Assembly: GCA_965222215.1 (NCBI GenBank)
Contig: OZ244931.1
Span: forward strand, 2,426,375 to 2,490,374
Reading direction: 5' to 3'
Source: Alphaproteobacteria bacterium
Lineage (GTDB): Bacteria > Pseudomonadota > Alphaproteobacteria > UBA6615
Length of the DNA: 64,000 bases
The position numbers were made by a program, and so were the translations under genes. Shown one piece after another: positions 49,527-59,685 of the stretch (position 1 is its first letter; the number at the start of each line of letters is the position of its first letter). The notes beneath the pieces are model-generated. The model made no database searches and was not told where the DNA came from. It saw only the letters and a program-made list of their open reading frames with translations.

Positions 49527-51170
49527 TCAACTCTCGTCGCCAACCTTCGCTGCGATCTGGTCCCGCAACATGTTCTTCCGAATCTTGCCTGCCGCCGTGC
49601 GCGGGAACGCCTCTATGATCTCCAGGCGTTCGGGATATTTCTGCTTCGCCATGCCGGTGCGGTCGAGAAACGTAACCATATCCTCGAACGACAACGTGGC
49701 GCCGTCTTCCAGGACGACAAACGCACATCCGGTCTCGCCCATGCGTGGATGCGGCATCGCGACCACGGCCGCTTCGTGGATTGCCGGATGTTCATGCAGC
49801 GCGTCCTCGATCTCACGCGGCGAGATATTTTCGCCGCCCCTAATGATCAGGTCCTTCGACCGGCCGGTGATCACCAGCGCGCCGTCTTCCGTCATCATGG
49901 CGAGGTCGCCCGTGTGGAAGAACCCGTCAGCCTCGAAGGCTTCCGCGTTATGGTCGTCGGCCGCATAGCCGAGGCACATCTCCGGACCGCGTGACAGGAT
50001 TTCCCCCTCCTCGCCGACGCCGAGTTCACGCCCGTCGGCCGGATCGACGATTTTGACCTCGTGCCCGACGATCAGTCCTTCCGTGGTCGCGCCGAGCTTT
50101 TCCTCGTCGCGGCTGTTCACGCCAAGCGTCACCGTCGGCGCTTCTGTCGAGCCGTAGACCCGCGAACACACGCACCGCTCGAATGCGCTGTGCGCGTTGT
50201 AGATCACTTCCGGCGGCACCGGCGCACCGCCGGAGGGGAAGAAACGCAGGCTCGGGAACGGCCGCTCGTTGCGGCGAGCGAAGTCCGTCAGTTCCTGCAG
50301 AAAGACCGTGGCGGCGATGGTGAATGTGACGCCGTATTCGTCGATCAGGTCGCCCGCCGCCTCGGCGTTCCACGTCTCCATGAACACCGCCGGTGCGTTC
50401 AGCGTGAACGGCATCTGGATGCCGTACAGGTAACCGGTGATATGCGACACCGGCGACGGCATCAGGATGACGTCGCTGTCGTCCAGACTCAGGAAGTTCG
50501 AGATCGCCTGGATTTCCGTATCGATGGTGTTGTGGCTGTGCAGCACGCCCTTCGGCCGCCCCGTCGTGCCCGAGGTGTACATAATCAGCTTCACGGCATT
50601 GGGGTCGACATCGGGCCGGGAGAAACCGTCCAAGTCGCCTTCGGCCAGCAGATCGTCGAATGTATCGGCGCCCTCGGCGCTGCCGCGAACCGTGATGACA
50701 TGCTCGAGGTCGGGAAGTTCAGCGCGGTGCCGCGCGACCATGTCGGCGTAGTCGAACTTGCGGAATGTGGTCGGGATGAAGAACGCCTTCGTGCCCGCAT
50801 CGCGCAGGATGTAGGTCACCTCCGCATCGCGATAGATCGGGATGATCGGATTGCAGACGAGCCCGAGCATCGCGCAGGCAAGGTCGATCGCGACGGTTTC
50901 CGGCCAGTTGGGCAGTTCGAAGCTGACGACATCACCGGCGACAAGGCCACGCCCCTGGAGCGCGCTTGCCAACGCGCGGGCCTGCCGGGCGATCTCAGAG
51001 ACAGTCACAGACCGTTTGCCCTCAATGAACAGGACCTTGTCGGGATTGCGCGCGAGGACGTCGTCGAGCTGGTCCGCCAGCGTCAGGTTTCGCCAGACGC
51101 CGCTCGCCGTGTTTTCCGCGATCAGCTCGTCGGTCAGTCGCGTTTTCCAGCCGCTCACATCGTCGCGCAT
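49527..51170 (-). CDS. AMP-dependent acyl-CoA synthetase/ligase
   Basis: 547 aa; 'YTSGTTGRPKG', 'GDLA' AMP-binding motifs. Confidence 0.85.
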   Translation of the reverse strand: MRDDVSGWKTRLTDELIAENTASGVWRNLTLADQLDDVLARNPDKVLFIEGKRSVTVSEIARQARALASALQGRGLVAGDVVSFELPNWPETVAIDLACAMLGLVCNPIIPIYRDAEVTYILRDAGTKAFFIPTTFRKFDYADMVARHRAELPDLEHVITVRGSAEGADTFDDLLAEGDLDGFSRPDVDPNAVKLIMYTSGTTGRPKGVLHSHNTIDTEIQAISNFLSLDDSDVILMPSPVSHITGYLYGIQMPFTLNAPAVFMETWNAEAAGDLIDEYGVTFTIAATVFLQELTDFARRNERPFPSLRFFPSGGAPVPPEVIYNAHSAFERCVCSRVYGSTEAPTVTLGVNSRDEEKLGATTEGLIVGHEVKIVDPADGRELGVGEEGEILSRGPEMCLGYAADDHNAEAFEADGFFHTGDLAMMTEDGALVITGRSKDLIIRGGENISPREIEDALHEHPAIHEAAVVAMPHPRMGETGCAFVVLEDGATLSFEDMVTFLDRTGMAKQKYPERLEIIEAFPRTAAGKIRKNMLRDQIAAKVGDES

Positions 51171-51179
51171 GGCCGCCCC

Positions 51180-52352
51180 CTATTCGCGCGCCAGCCGCAG
51201 CCGGTTGGCGATGTTGTTCTTCTGGATCGCCGACGAGCCGCCGATGATCGGCATCAAGAGCGCCTCGCGCACGTAACGCTCCATGTCGAACTCCTTGATG
51301 TAGCCGTAGGCGCCCATCACCTGCTGGCAGGCGAGCACGATGTCCTTCGCCGTGTCGCTGACGTAGAGCTTCGCCATGGAGGTCTCGACCGAGGCGGACT
51401 TCTTTTCGTCGAGCAGCCAGGCCGCGTGATAGGTCATCAGGCGGCAGGCGTGGAGCTTGGTCTTCGCGTCCACGAGCATGTGACGGACCGACTGGTAAGC
51501 CGATACCGGCTTGCCGAACTGCTTGCGCTCCTGGGCGTATTCCCACGCGTCGTCCACGGCCGCCGCCGCATTGCCCAGAGCGAGCGCCGCAACCTCGATC
51601 TTCTCGACGTCGAGACCCGGGCCGACGATGCGGCGCCACCCGTCGTTCCAGCCGTCTTCCCCGCCGACGATGTTCTCGGCCGGTATCTCCACGTCCTCGA
51701 AGGTCACGTCGCAGGTGGACGCTCCCTTCATGCCCATCGAGTTCTGTAGCTCGATGGTGACGCCTTCCGCATCCGGCGGGATCAGAACGATCGAAAGGTT
51801 CTTGTAGCGCTCGCCCTCACGATCGCTCTTCACCACCGTGTAGATGTAGTCGGCGATGTTCGCACCGGAGCAGAACCGCTTTGCGCCGTTGATCCTGACC
51901 GTCCCGCCATTGCCCTCGCGGACGGCGGTCGTGCGCACACTCGCGACATCCGCGCCGACATCGGGTTCGGAAATTCCATAGGCGAAGATCAGCTTGCCCT
52001 CGGCAAGCTTGGGGAGCAGTTCGCGCTTCTGCTCTTCGCTGCCGACTTCCTCGATGTTCATGCCGCCGTAGCAGGCGCACATGATGAACGGAACAGCCAC
52101 GGCCATGGAACGCCGCGCCAATTCCTCGATCACCACCATCGTGGCCGTGATGTCGCGGCCGGCCCCGCCGTATTCCTCGGGCACCGTAAGCGCGTTCACG
52201 CCCAGCGCCGACAGCTTGTCAAATATCTCGCGCGGGAAATCGTTTTCCCGGTCCCAGCGCTGGGCGTCCTCGCGCGGCATCTCGTTCTCGACGAATCGCC
52301 GCACAGTGTCGCGCAGCATCGTGACGTGCTCGGCTTCCTGGAAGTGCTCCAT
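51180..52352 (-). CDS. acyl-CoA dehydrogenase
   Basis: 390 aa; FAD/acyl-CoA dehydrogenase fold signatures (SEPDVGADVAS, catalytic Glu region near C-terminus). Confidence 0.85.
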   Translation of the reverse strand: MEHFQEAEHVTMLRDTVRRFVENEMPREDAQRWDRENDFPREIFDKLSALGVNALTVPEEYGGAGRDITATMVVIEELARRSMAVAVPFIMCACYGGMNIEEVGSEEQKRELLPKLAEGKLIFAYGISEPDVGADVASVRTTAVREGNGGTVRINGAKRFCSGANIADYIYTVVKSDREGERYKNLSIVLIPPDAEGVTIELQNSMGMKGASTCDVTFEDVEIPAENIVGGEDGWNDGWRRIVGPGLDVEKIEVAALALGNAAAAVDDAWEYAQERKQFGKPVSAYQSVRHMLVDAKTKLHACRLMTYHAAWLLDEKKSASVETSMAKLYVSDTAKDIVLACQQVMGAYGYIKEFDMERYVREALLMPIIGGSSAIQKNNIANRLRLARE

Positions 52353-52364
52353 CGTCGGATCCGC

Positions 52365-53159
52365 CTACTTGCCCGTGAACTTCGGCTTGCCCTTGTTCAG
52401 GAAGGCGTCGGTCGCGATCTTGTGGTCCTGGGTCATCTGCGACATCGCCTCGAAATTGAACGCCGTATCGAGCACCGCGTTGGCCGCCTGCTTGAGGCCG
52501 GCGTTCACGGACGCCTTCGTCCACTTGATGGCGTTGATCGCGCCGCCCGCGAGGCGTTCGGCCATCGCGTTCACGGCATCGTCAAGCTCGCCGGCCGGCA
52601 CCGCATGATTGATGAGCCCGATCGACGCGGCATCTTTCGCGTTGAGCAGGTCGCCCGTCATCAGGAATTCCTTGGCGCGGGCGTAGCCGATGAGCTGCGG
52701 CCAGATCACCGCACCGCCATCGCCCGCCACGAGGCCGACCGCCACATGGGGATCGCCCAGCTTGGCCTCCTCCGCCGCGTAGATGATGTCGCAGTAGAGC
52801 GCGATGGTGCAGCCGAGCCCGATGGCATGACCGGGCAGGCGCGCGATGATGGGTTTCTCAAGGTCGAGCAGGCCGTTGACGAGGCGCTTGCCCTCCCAGA
52901 CGGTGCGCGCGAAAGCGCCCGGGTCACCGTGCATGTCGTTCAGCCACTGCAGATCGCCGCCGGCGCAGAAGGCATCGCCCTCGCCGGTCAGGATCACGAC
53001 ATCGGCGTCGTGGTCGGCGTCGACGTCATAGAAAATGCGCGACAGTTCCTCGTGAAGGACCGCATCGACCGCGTTGAGCGTGCCGGGGCGCGACATCGTC
53101 AAGGTCAGGATGCGACCGTTGCGCTCGGCCCTGATGGCTTCGTAGTTGTCGTAATTCAT
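52365..53159 (-). CDS. enoyl-CoA hydratase/isomerase (crotonase family)
   Basis: 264 aa; 'DAFCAGGDL', 'IIARLPGHAIGLGCTIAL'; ORF-track N-terminal extension trimmed. Confidence 0.85.
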   Translation of the reverse strand: MNYDNYEAIRAERNGRILTLTMSRPGTLNAVDAVLHEELSRIFYDVDADHDADVVILTGEGDAFCAGGDLQWLNDMHGDPGAFARTVWEGKRLVNGLLDLEKPIIARLPGHAIGLGCTIALYCDIIYAAEEAKLGDPHVAVGLVAGDGGAVIWPQLIGYARAKEFLMTGDLLNAKDAASIGLINHAVPAGELDDAVNAMAERLAGGAINAIKWTKASVNAGLKQAANAVLDTAFNFEAMSQMTQDHKIATDAFLNKGKPKFTGK

Positions 53160-53186
53160 CGCACACCCAATTCCGACCTCGTTCCT

Positions 53187-53206
53187 GTTGCGAGAACTAT
53201 CGCAAC
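53187..53206. promoter_or_regulatory. palindrome GTTGCGA-N6-TCGCAAC in the divergent hydratase/TetR promoter region
   Basis: 7-bp perfect inverted arms. Confidence 0.4.
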
Positions 53207-53223
53207 GGGACGCCGCTACGTCA

Positions 53224-53259
53224 AATAAAATGAATGATGGCTCATTATTCATTTTATTT
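53224..53259. promoter_or_regulatory. AT-rich 13-bp inverted repeat (AAATAAAATGAAT-N10-ATTCATTTTATTT), candidate TetR operator
   Basis: Perfect 13-bp arms, strikingly AT-rich in a GC-rich region, between divergent TetR and hydratase genes. Confidence 0.6.
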
Positions 53260-53311
53260 GCGTCGGCGCGCGCACCTGGGAGACACTGTGGTCCGATATT
53301 CGAGACCAGCG

Positions 53312-53950
53312 ATGCCCGCCACGAGCCGCACCAAAACAACGCCACGCCCTACCCGGGCCGAGAAAGCACGCGCAACGCGACGCGCGCTGATCGAGGCGGC
53401 GGCATATGTGGTCGGAAAATACGGATACGCTGAGGCCTCGATCGCACGCATTACCCAGCATGCCAACGTGGCGCAGGGCACCTTTTACAACTACTTCGAG
53501 ACGCGCCAGGCGCTGTTCGACATTCTGCTGCCGGAACTCGGCCGGGATCTGATCGAGTTCGTGCGCGCGCGCGTCGCGGGCAGCCGTACGACCCTCGAGA
53601 TGGAGGAACGCGGGTTTCGCGCGTTTTTTGAGTACCTGGCGGAAAACCCCGGCTTCTATCGAATCCTCAACGAAGCCGAGACGATGGCCCCGATCGCCCA
53701 CAGACGACATTTCGAGGCGCTCACGCGCGGCTATGTCACGGCGCTGCGCCGGGGGCTTGCCCGCGGCGAACTCGGCTCGTTCGAAGAAAGCGAGCTGGAG
53801 ACGATCGTCTACCTGCTGATGGCGGCCCGCAGCTATCTGACGCTCCGGTTCGGACTGGACCGCGGCAAGCTGCCGGAGCATGTCGTCGCCACCTACATGA
53901 AATTCGTGCGTGGTGCGCTCACCGGCCAACCCGCGAGTCTGAGTGACTAG
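53312..53950 (+). CDS. TetR/AcrR-family transcriptional regulator
   Basis: N-terminal HTH 'GYAEASIARITQHANVAQGTFYNYF'; ~212 aa; ORF-track start at 53234 lies inside the palindrome and was rejected. Confidence 0.8.
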   Translation: MPATSRTKTTPRPTRAEKARATRRALIEAAAYVVGKYGYAEASIARITQHANVAQGTFYNYFETRQALFDILLPELGRDLIEFVRARVAGSRTTLEMEERGFRAFFEYLAENPGFYRILNEAETMAPIAHRRHFEALTRGYVTALRRGLARGELGSFEESELETIVYLLMAARSYLTLRFGLDRGKLPEHVVATYMKFVRGALTGQPASLSD

Positions 53951-54357
53951 CTGTTGGCGGCGTCACGCATCCGCAGCTTCATCCCGACCACCTCGTAGAT
54001 ATCGAGGCCGGTGAGTGAACAGATTTCGTTCAGCGGCAGCGATGTTTCGGCGAGCAGCACGCGCGCATGGCTTTTCGGGTCGCGCTTGCGGCTGTTCCGC
54101 CGGATCTGGCGGTTAATCTCTGCGGCCTCCTTGCGCCGCTCCTCGGCGTCGAGACCCCGCGCGCGCGCCTCTTCCATCGCGGCGTCGCGACGCGCCTTAT
54201 CATTGTAGATCCAGCCGTCCATCATCTGGGCGGCTTTCGCCATCCCGCGCGCCTGGCCCGAGGGAGTGCGCGCACTCTTGCGGCGCGGCTCCGGGCGCTC
54301 GGGCGCCGGCCCGCCGGTCGCCGCCTCGTCGAGGGTCATCCCGCGCGCCTTCGCCAT
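53947..54357 (-). CDS. hypothetical highly charged protein with possible C-terminal HTH-like segment
   Basis: 136-aa ORF, Arg/Glu/Ala-rich; C-terminal 'LPLNEICSLTGLDIYEV'; no family recognised. Confidence 0.35.
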   Translation of the reverse strand: MAKARGMTLDEAATGGPAPERPEPRRKSARTPSGQARGMAKAAQMMDGWIYNDKARRDAAMEEARARGLDAEERRKEAAEINRQIRRNSRKRDPKSHARVLLAETSLPLNEICSLTGLDIYEVVGMKLRMRDAANS

Positions 54358-54553
54358 GCGCTCGGCCGCCGCGAGGGCAGCCGTGCGCTCACCCTCGTAA
54401 GGACTCTCCTTGGCGAGGACCAGCAGGTTGTGGAAGCGCTTGCGTTCGGCTTCGTCGAAGTGTCTTGGCGCGTTGATGGCAGCACCTGTTTAACCGGTTT
54501 CACGTATAACCGGTCAGTCTATCACGAACCGCGGCGGATTTAAGCCCGGCCCG

Positions 54554-55830
54554 CTAGACGATGAGCGCGACGACCGCGCCGGTCATGCAGGTCGCGATCG
54601 TCCCTGCGACCAACGCCTTCATGCCGAGGCCGAGCAGTTCGCTCTTGCGCTCCGGCACCATCGCCACCAAACCGGCCAACATGATTCCGACGCTGCCGAA
54701 ATTCGCGAAGCTGCACAGGGCGTAAAGCAGAATGATGCGCGAGCGGTCCGACAATGCCTCGGCCGGCGTGCCGACGAGCTGCAGATAGGCAATCAATTCG
54801 TTGAGCACGATCTTGGTGCCGATCAGGCCGCCTGCCGTCGTGGCCTCGGCCCAGGGAATGCCGATCAGCCACGCCACCGGCGCCAGCGCCCAGCCGAGTA
54901 TCCGCTCCAGCGTCAGGGGCGCGCCCCAGACATCGGGCACCAACCCGAGTATCTGGTTCGCCAGCGCGACCATCGCCACGAACACGATCAGCATCGCGAT
55001 AATGCTGAGCAGCAGGCGCAACCCGTCCTGGGTACCCTGCACGAGCGCATCCATGGTGCCGTCGTACATGCCCTTCCCGCGGCGAGCGCGTCGTCATCCT
55101 TCGCTTCCGCCACGGCGGGTTGTTCCCCGGTCTCCGGAGCCGGGACCATCAGGCGCGCGATGACGATGGCCGCCGGCGCGCTGATCAGCGACGCCACGAG
55201 CAGGTGCCCGGCGGCATTCTCGATCACGTTGGCGAGGAACGTCGCGTAGAGGACCAGCACGGTGCCCGCGATGGTCGTCAGGCCGCAGGTCATGGTGACG
55301 AACAGGTCGGCCCGGCTCATCGTCCGCAGGCGTGGACGGATCAGGATCGCCGCCTCGACCATACCGACGAAGATATTCGCCGCCACGCCGACCGACACCG
55401 GCCCGTCGATCCGCAGGGTTGAGCGCAGCGCCAACGCGAAGCCGCGGATTACGCGCGGCATCACGCCCCAGTGCCAGAGCACGGCCGACAATGCCGAGAG
55501 GACGAGGACGATCGGCAGGGCGCGGAACGCGAGCACGAAGCTGGCGCCGGGATAGCTTTCCTCGAACGGCAACTCGCCGCCGCCGAGAAACCCGAACACG
55601 AGGCTGGTGCCGGCCCGGGTCGCTGAATCCAGCGCAAGAACGACGCCGTTCACGGCCCCGATCGCATCCCGCACCAACGGGACCGAGAGCGTGACGGCGG
55701 CCAGGGCGAGCTGGATGGCAACGCCGACCAGGACCAGCCGGATCGACGCGCCGCGTCGGTCTTCGCTCAGCAGCCAGGCCAGTGCGACAAGCGCGACAAG
55801 CCCGAGCACCGGTTGCAGGTAAGCGCTCAT
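54554..55830 (-). pseudogene. nupC: concentrative nucleoside transporter (NupC/CNT family) gene split by a frameshift near 55070-55100 (or sequencing error)
   Basis: ORF 54988-55830 carries the CNT N-terminus ('LGLVALVALAWLLSEDRRGASIRLV...'); ORF 54554-55069 carries the CNT C-terminus in another frame; together ~430 aa. Confidence 0.55.
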
Positions 55831-55884
55831 GTTCGTCCCCGGATCAGGAGACGCCAGCCTGCCACCGGCACGCGATTCGCCGGC

Positions 55885-56199
55885 CTATGCGTTTGGGTCC
55901 GGGATCCGCTGCCAGAGCGCCTCGATAATGGCGGTCCCGAACACGCCCTCGCGGGTGTAGGGGTCGTTGGCGTGAAAATCCTCGACCGTTTGCCGGTCGG
56001 GTGCCTCGAAGACCAGCACATTGCCGATCACGTCACGGATATCGACGTCGCCCGAAGTGTCCACGCCATCGCGCACGAGCCCGCCGCCGAATACGATCAT
56101 CGGCAAGAATGGCGCCTGATAGGCCGCGTGTTCCGGCTGGAGGCGCGCACGAACGTCGGCCATCCCGGGTTTATCCTGCCTGACGAGTACGAACCGCAT
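55885..56199 (-). CDS. YciI-like small protein
   Basis: ~104 aa 'MRFVLVRQDKPG...HLE' YciI-like pattern. Confidence 0.55.
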   Translation of the reverse strand: MRFVLVRQDKPGMADVRARLQPEHAAYQAPFLPMIVFGGGLVRDGVDTSGDVDIRDVIGNVLVFEAPDRQTVEDFHANDPYTREGVFGTAIIEALWQRIPDPNA

Positions 56200-56270
56200 G
56201 TCCCACCCCCAATGTGTCCCTGTCGGCCCGAACGCTAACCGGGCGCCGGCCCGTGTGACAATCACCCTTG

Positions 56271-56294
56271 TTTTAGTTTCATTTGTAACTAAAA
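56271..56294. promoter_or_regulatory. palindrome TTTTAGTT-N8-AACTAAAA ~30 nt upstream of hmgA; candidate operator
   Basis: AT-rich inverted repeat between YciI-like and hmgA; also GTGA-N3-TCAC at ~56253. Confidence 0.4.
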
Positions 56295-56321
56295 TGATTG
56301 CCCAAACTACGGAGGACGATC

Positions 56322-57638
56322 ATGGACGGTGCTGCCACGAGTACGACGCATGCCTATCAGAGCGGGATCGGCAATTATTTCTCGACGGAAGCGCTCCCCG
56401 GCGCGTTGCCGAAGGGCCAGAACTCACCGCAGAAAACGCCCTATGGCCTCTATGCCGAGGGCATCAGCGGCTCGGCGTTTACCGTGCCGCGGGAGGAATC
56501 GCGCCAGACATGGTGTTACCGCATCCGGCCGACGGCCAAGCACCCGCCGTATCGGTCCCTCGAGAACAGCCGCTGGGAGACCCGGCCGGCCGCCGGCGGC
56601 GCGACCGATCCGAACCAGATGCGCTGGAACCCGCTGACGATCCCCGACGCGCCGACCGACCTGATCGACGGGATCGTGACCTACGGGAACTGCGGCGACG
56701 CCTACACACAGTCCGGTATCGGCATTCACCTGTATGCGGCCAACGCCTCAATGACCGACCGCTTCTTCCATAACGCCGACGGGGAACTGCTGTTCGTGCC
56801 CCAGCAGGGTCGGCTGGTCCTGCATACGGAGATGGGCGTCATGGACGCCGCACCGGGCGAGATCGCCGTGATCCCGCGCGGCATCAAGTTCCGCGCCGAG
56901 CTGCCCGACGGGCCGTCGCGCGGCTACATCTGCGAGAATTACGGCGCGCCCCTGCGCTTGCCGGAGCTCGGGCCCATCGGTTCCCAGGGACTCGCCAACC
57001 GGCGGGATTTCCTGACGCCGACCGCTGCGTTCGAGGATCGTACGGGCGCGTTCGAGCTGGTGTTCAAGTTCGACGGCGGGCTCTGGGCAGCGGACATCGA
57101 CCGCTCGCCGCTGGACGTGGTCGCGTGGCACGGCACCCACGCGCCCTACAAGTACGACCTCGCAAACTTCATGACGATCGGCACGGTGAGCTACGACCAT
57201 CCCGATCCGTCGATCTTCACGGTACTGACCTCACCGTCGGGCACGCCCGGCGTTGCCAACGTCGACTTCGCGATCTTCCCGCCGCGCTGGATGGTGGCGG
57301 AGAACACGTTCCGCCCGCCCTGGTTCCATCGGAACTTCATGAACGAGTTCATGGGCCTCGTGACCGGCGCCTATGACGCCAAGGCGGAAGGGTTCCTGCC
57401 CGGCGGCGCCAGCCTGCACAACTGCATGTCCGGCCATGGCCCCGACGCGGAGACCTTCGAGAAGGCGAGCAACGCCGATCTCAAGCCGGAGAAGATCGAC
57501 GGCACCATGGCCTTCATGTTCGAGACCCGCTACATCGTCCGGCCGAGCGAATTCGCAATGCAGACGCCGCTCCGCCAGGTCGACTATCAGGATTGCTGGG
57601 CCGGACTGGAAGACCGCTTCGACGCAAGCCGCAGGTAG
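56322..57638 (+). CDS. hmgA: homogentisate 1,2-dioxygenase
   Basis: 438 aa; '[43 protein letters not shown]' HmgA N-terminal signature; SD 'ggagga'. Confidence 0.9.
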   Translation: MDGAATSTTHAYQSGIGNYFSTEALPGALPKGQNSPQKTPYGLYAEGISGSAFTVPREESRQTWCYRIRPTAKHPPYRSLENSRWETRPAAGGATDPNQMRWNPLTIPDAPTDLIDGIVTYGNCGDAYTQSGIGIHLYAANASMTDRFFHNADGELLFVPQQGRLVLHTEMGVMDAAPGEIAVIPRGIKFRAELPDGPSRGYICENYGAPLRLPELGPIGSQGLANRRDFLTPTAAFEDRTGAFELVFKFDGGLWAADIDRSPLDVVAWHGTHAPYKYDLANFMTIGTVSYDHPDPSIFTVLTSPSGTPGVANVDFAIFPPRWMVAENTFRPPWFHRNFMNEFMGLVTGAYDAKAEGFLPGGASLHNCMSGHGPDAETFEKASNADLKPEKIDGTMAFMFETRYIVRPSEFAMQTPLRQVDYQDCWAGLEDRFDASRR

Positions 57639-57805
57639 CAACTAGATCTTCTCGACGGTCGGGTTTCACACCATCGTCATAGCCGGACTTGTTCCGGCCA
57701 TCCACGTCGGCGTGTCACGCCTGGAAATACGGGGAACCGAAGAACGTGGATGCCCGCAACAAGTGCGGGCATGACGGCTTCTTAACAACGACCGTCAGTC
57801 CAATC

Positions 57806-57896
57806 CGTCATTGCGAGCGCAGCGAAGCAATCCAGAGCGGGCATGCCGGCTCTGGATTGCGTCGTCGCTTCGCTCCTCGCAATGACGAGTTTCGAT
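57806..57896. repeat. REP/MITE-like palindromic repeat, copy 5
   Basis: 'gtcattgcgagcgcagcgaagcaatccagagcgggcatgccggctctggattgcgtcgtcgcttcgctcctcgcaatgac'. Confidence 0.7.
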
Positions 57897-57905
57897 ATCT
57901 CCGAA

Positions 57906-59675
57906 CTACTTCTCCGGGATCACCGGCAGCAGCACGTGGGACGGGTGGTCCGGCCCGGTGTGGAGGGTGACGTTCCCACCGTAGATATCCAGCGGGCGGT
58001 TGCCCTTGATCTCGTGCTTGAACGGCCCGACGCCGTACTGGACCCGGCCCGCGATCTCCGGTGACCCCGGCTCGTAGCCCGGCCAGACATAGTCCCGTCC
58101 GCGCACGCTGAGCCCCAGGCGATAGCCTTCCGGCAGCACGATCGAGGTCGCCCAGATCTCGATGTCGAGTTCGTAGACCTCGCCCGGCGTCAGGGGCTGG
58201 AGCTCGTCATGGGTGTGGTACGGCCGGTACGGCAGCGTCTTTTCCTCGTCGAGCTTGCGGTGCGATGCGCGCAGCCAGCCGATCGCGACCGGCGTGTGCG
58301 GGTCGTTCGAACCCTTGAACACGATTTCCTTCATGTCGGGCGTGAAGACACGCAGCACGAGGAACAGGTCGGCGTCCTCGGTCTCCGACGAGACGAACAG
58401 CTTCGCGGCCACAGGACCCGTGATTTCGGTGTCCTGCTCGACGGGGGCCGTCAGGAAGGTCAACCCGTCGCCCATCGGGTCGTAGGTGACGCTCGTGCTC
58501 TCGGCGAGAGGCGCGTCCGCCAGCGACCGGTCCGACGGGTCGAGATACATCTCGGTCCATTCGGTGCGCGGGATCGGCCATGCCTCCTCGGCGCGCTGCA
58601 CATACTTCTCACCCGGGTGCCGGACCAGGAGCTGGACCGGCGGCTGCTCGCCCCAGCCCGTGTCCTCGCCCTTCAGGAAATGCCCAAAGAAGCGCTTCTG
58701 CAGGTCGATGCCGTAGTCGGTGTAGTAGTGGGTGAAATGCTCCAGCCCGTGCATCTCCAGCCACTTCTGGTCCGTGGCGGAGTTCACATAGCCCTCGGTG
58801 TTGCCGCGCGGATGAAGGCCGACGCCGCCCCAGTTGCCCGACGAGAGCAGCGGCACGTTGATCCTGGAAAAGTCCGGCATCCTCGCCTTCCAGTAATCGT
58901 CCACCAGCGGGTGGTCGAGGATATCCTTGCCGAAATCGCGCCGGTTCTCGGCGAGTTCCTCTTCGGTCAAGGTCTCCGGCCCGGAAATCCATTCGCCGTT
59001 CATCCGGCTCTTGATACCGTTCTCGCCCTTGCCGTGCTGGCGCGGCACAACGGCGCTGTTGTACCAGACCGACGGAAAGCGGCAGGCGATCCCGCCGTGA
59101 TGCCCGAGGTCGCGGTAATAGTCGGCCGCGCCCTCCCAGACGCACATGGCGGCCAGATGCTTGGGCTGCAGCGACGCCACCTGCCACTGGTTCATGCCGT
59201 AGTAGGAAATGCCGCTGGTGCCGACTTTCCCGTTCGACCAGGGTTGGGTGCCCGCCCAGTTGATGCAGTCGTGGAAGTCCTTTGCCTCGCGCGCCGACCA
59301 GACGTCCAGCACGCCTTCCGAACGCCCCGCACCACGCGAATCCACGCGCACGCAAACATAGCCGTCCGGCACCCACTTCTCCGGGTCGACCAGTTCCCAG
59401 TTCTGGTAGCGGTTCGACGAGCCGGCGAGGCAGTCGGGGTAGTCCTCGATCATCTGCTTCCACTGGTACGGATAGCCGTCCTTCCAGTGCAGCCACTTGC
59501 AGTAGGGGCCGTAGCTGATGATGACCGGGTACTGGCCGTCGTCGTCGGGCCGGTAGACGTCGCAGCGCAGGACCACGCCGTCATCCATCTCCAGCGGCAC
59601 ATCCCAGTCGATACGGATGCCCGCGATGGTCTTGTCGTAGTTCTGGCCGATATCCGTATAGGTCTCGCCGTCCAT
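57906..59675 (-). CDS. CocE/NonD-family (S15, X-Pro dipeptidyl-peptidase-like) alpha/beta hydrolase, paralog 1
   Basis: 589 aa; nucleophile 'GISYYG', C-terminal beta-sandwich domain; SD 'aggggga'. Confidence 0.8.
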   Translation of the reverse strand: MDGETYTDIGQNYDKTIAGIRIDWDVPLEMDDGVVLRCDVYRPDDDGQYPVIISYGPYCKWLHWKDGYPYQWKQMIEDYPDCLAGSSNRYQNWELVDPEKWVPDGYVCVRVDSRGAGRSEGVLDVWSAREAKDFHDCINWAGTQPWSNGKVGTSGISYYGMNQWQVASLQPKHLAAMCVWEGAADYYRDLGHHGGIACRFPSVWYNSAVVPRQHGKGENGIKSRMNGEWISGPETLTEEELAENRRDFGKDILDHPLVDDYWKARMPDFSRINVPLLSSGNWGGVGLHPRGNTEGYVNSATDQKWLEMHGLEHFTHYYTDYGIDLQKRFFGHFLKGEDTGWGEQPPVQLLVRHPGEKYVQRAEEAWPIPRTEWTEMYLDPSDRSLADAPLAESTSVTYDPMGDGLTFLTAPVEQDTEITGPVAAKLFVSSETEDADLFLVLRVFTPDMKEIVFKGSNDPHTPVAIGWLRASHRKLDEEKTLPYRPYHTHDELQPLTPGEVYELDIEIWATSIVLPEGYRLGLSVRGRDYVWPGYEPGSPEIAGRVQYGVGPFKHEIKGNRPLDIYGGNVTLHTGPDHPSHVLLPVIPEK

Positions 59676-59685
59676 GATATTCCCC

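Noticed and set aside
53234-53311. ORF-track start of the TetR gene at 53234
   Set aside because: This ATG lies inside the 13-bp AT-rich inverted repeat (the probable operator). The HTH-containing protein is family-sized from the ATG at 53312.
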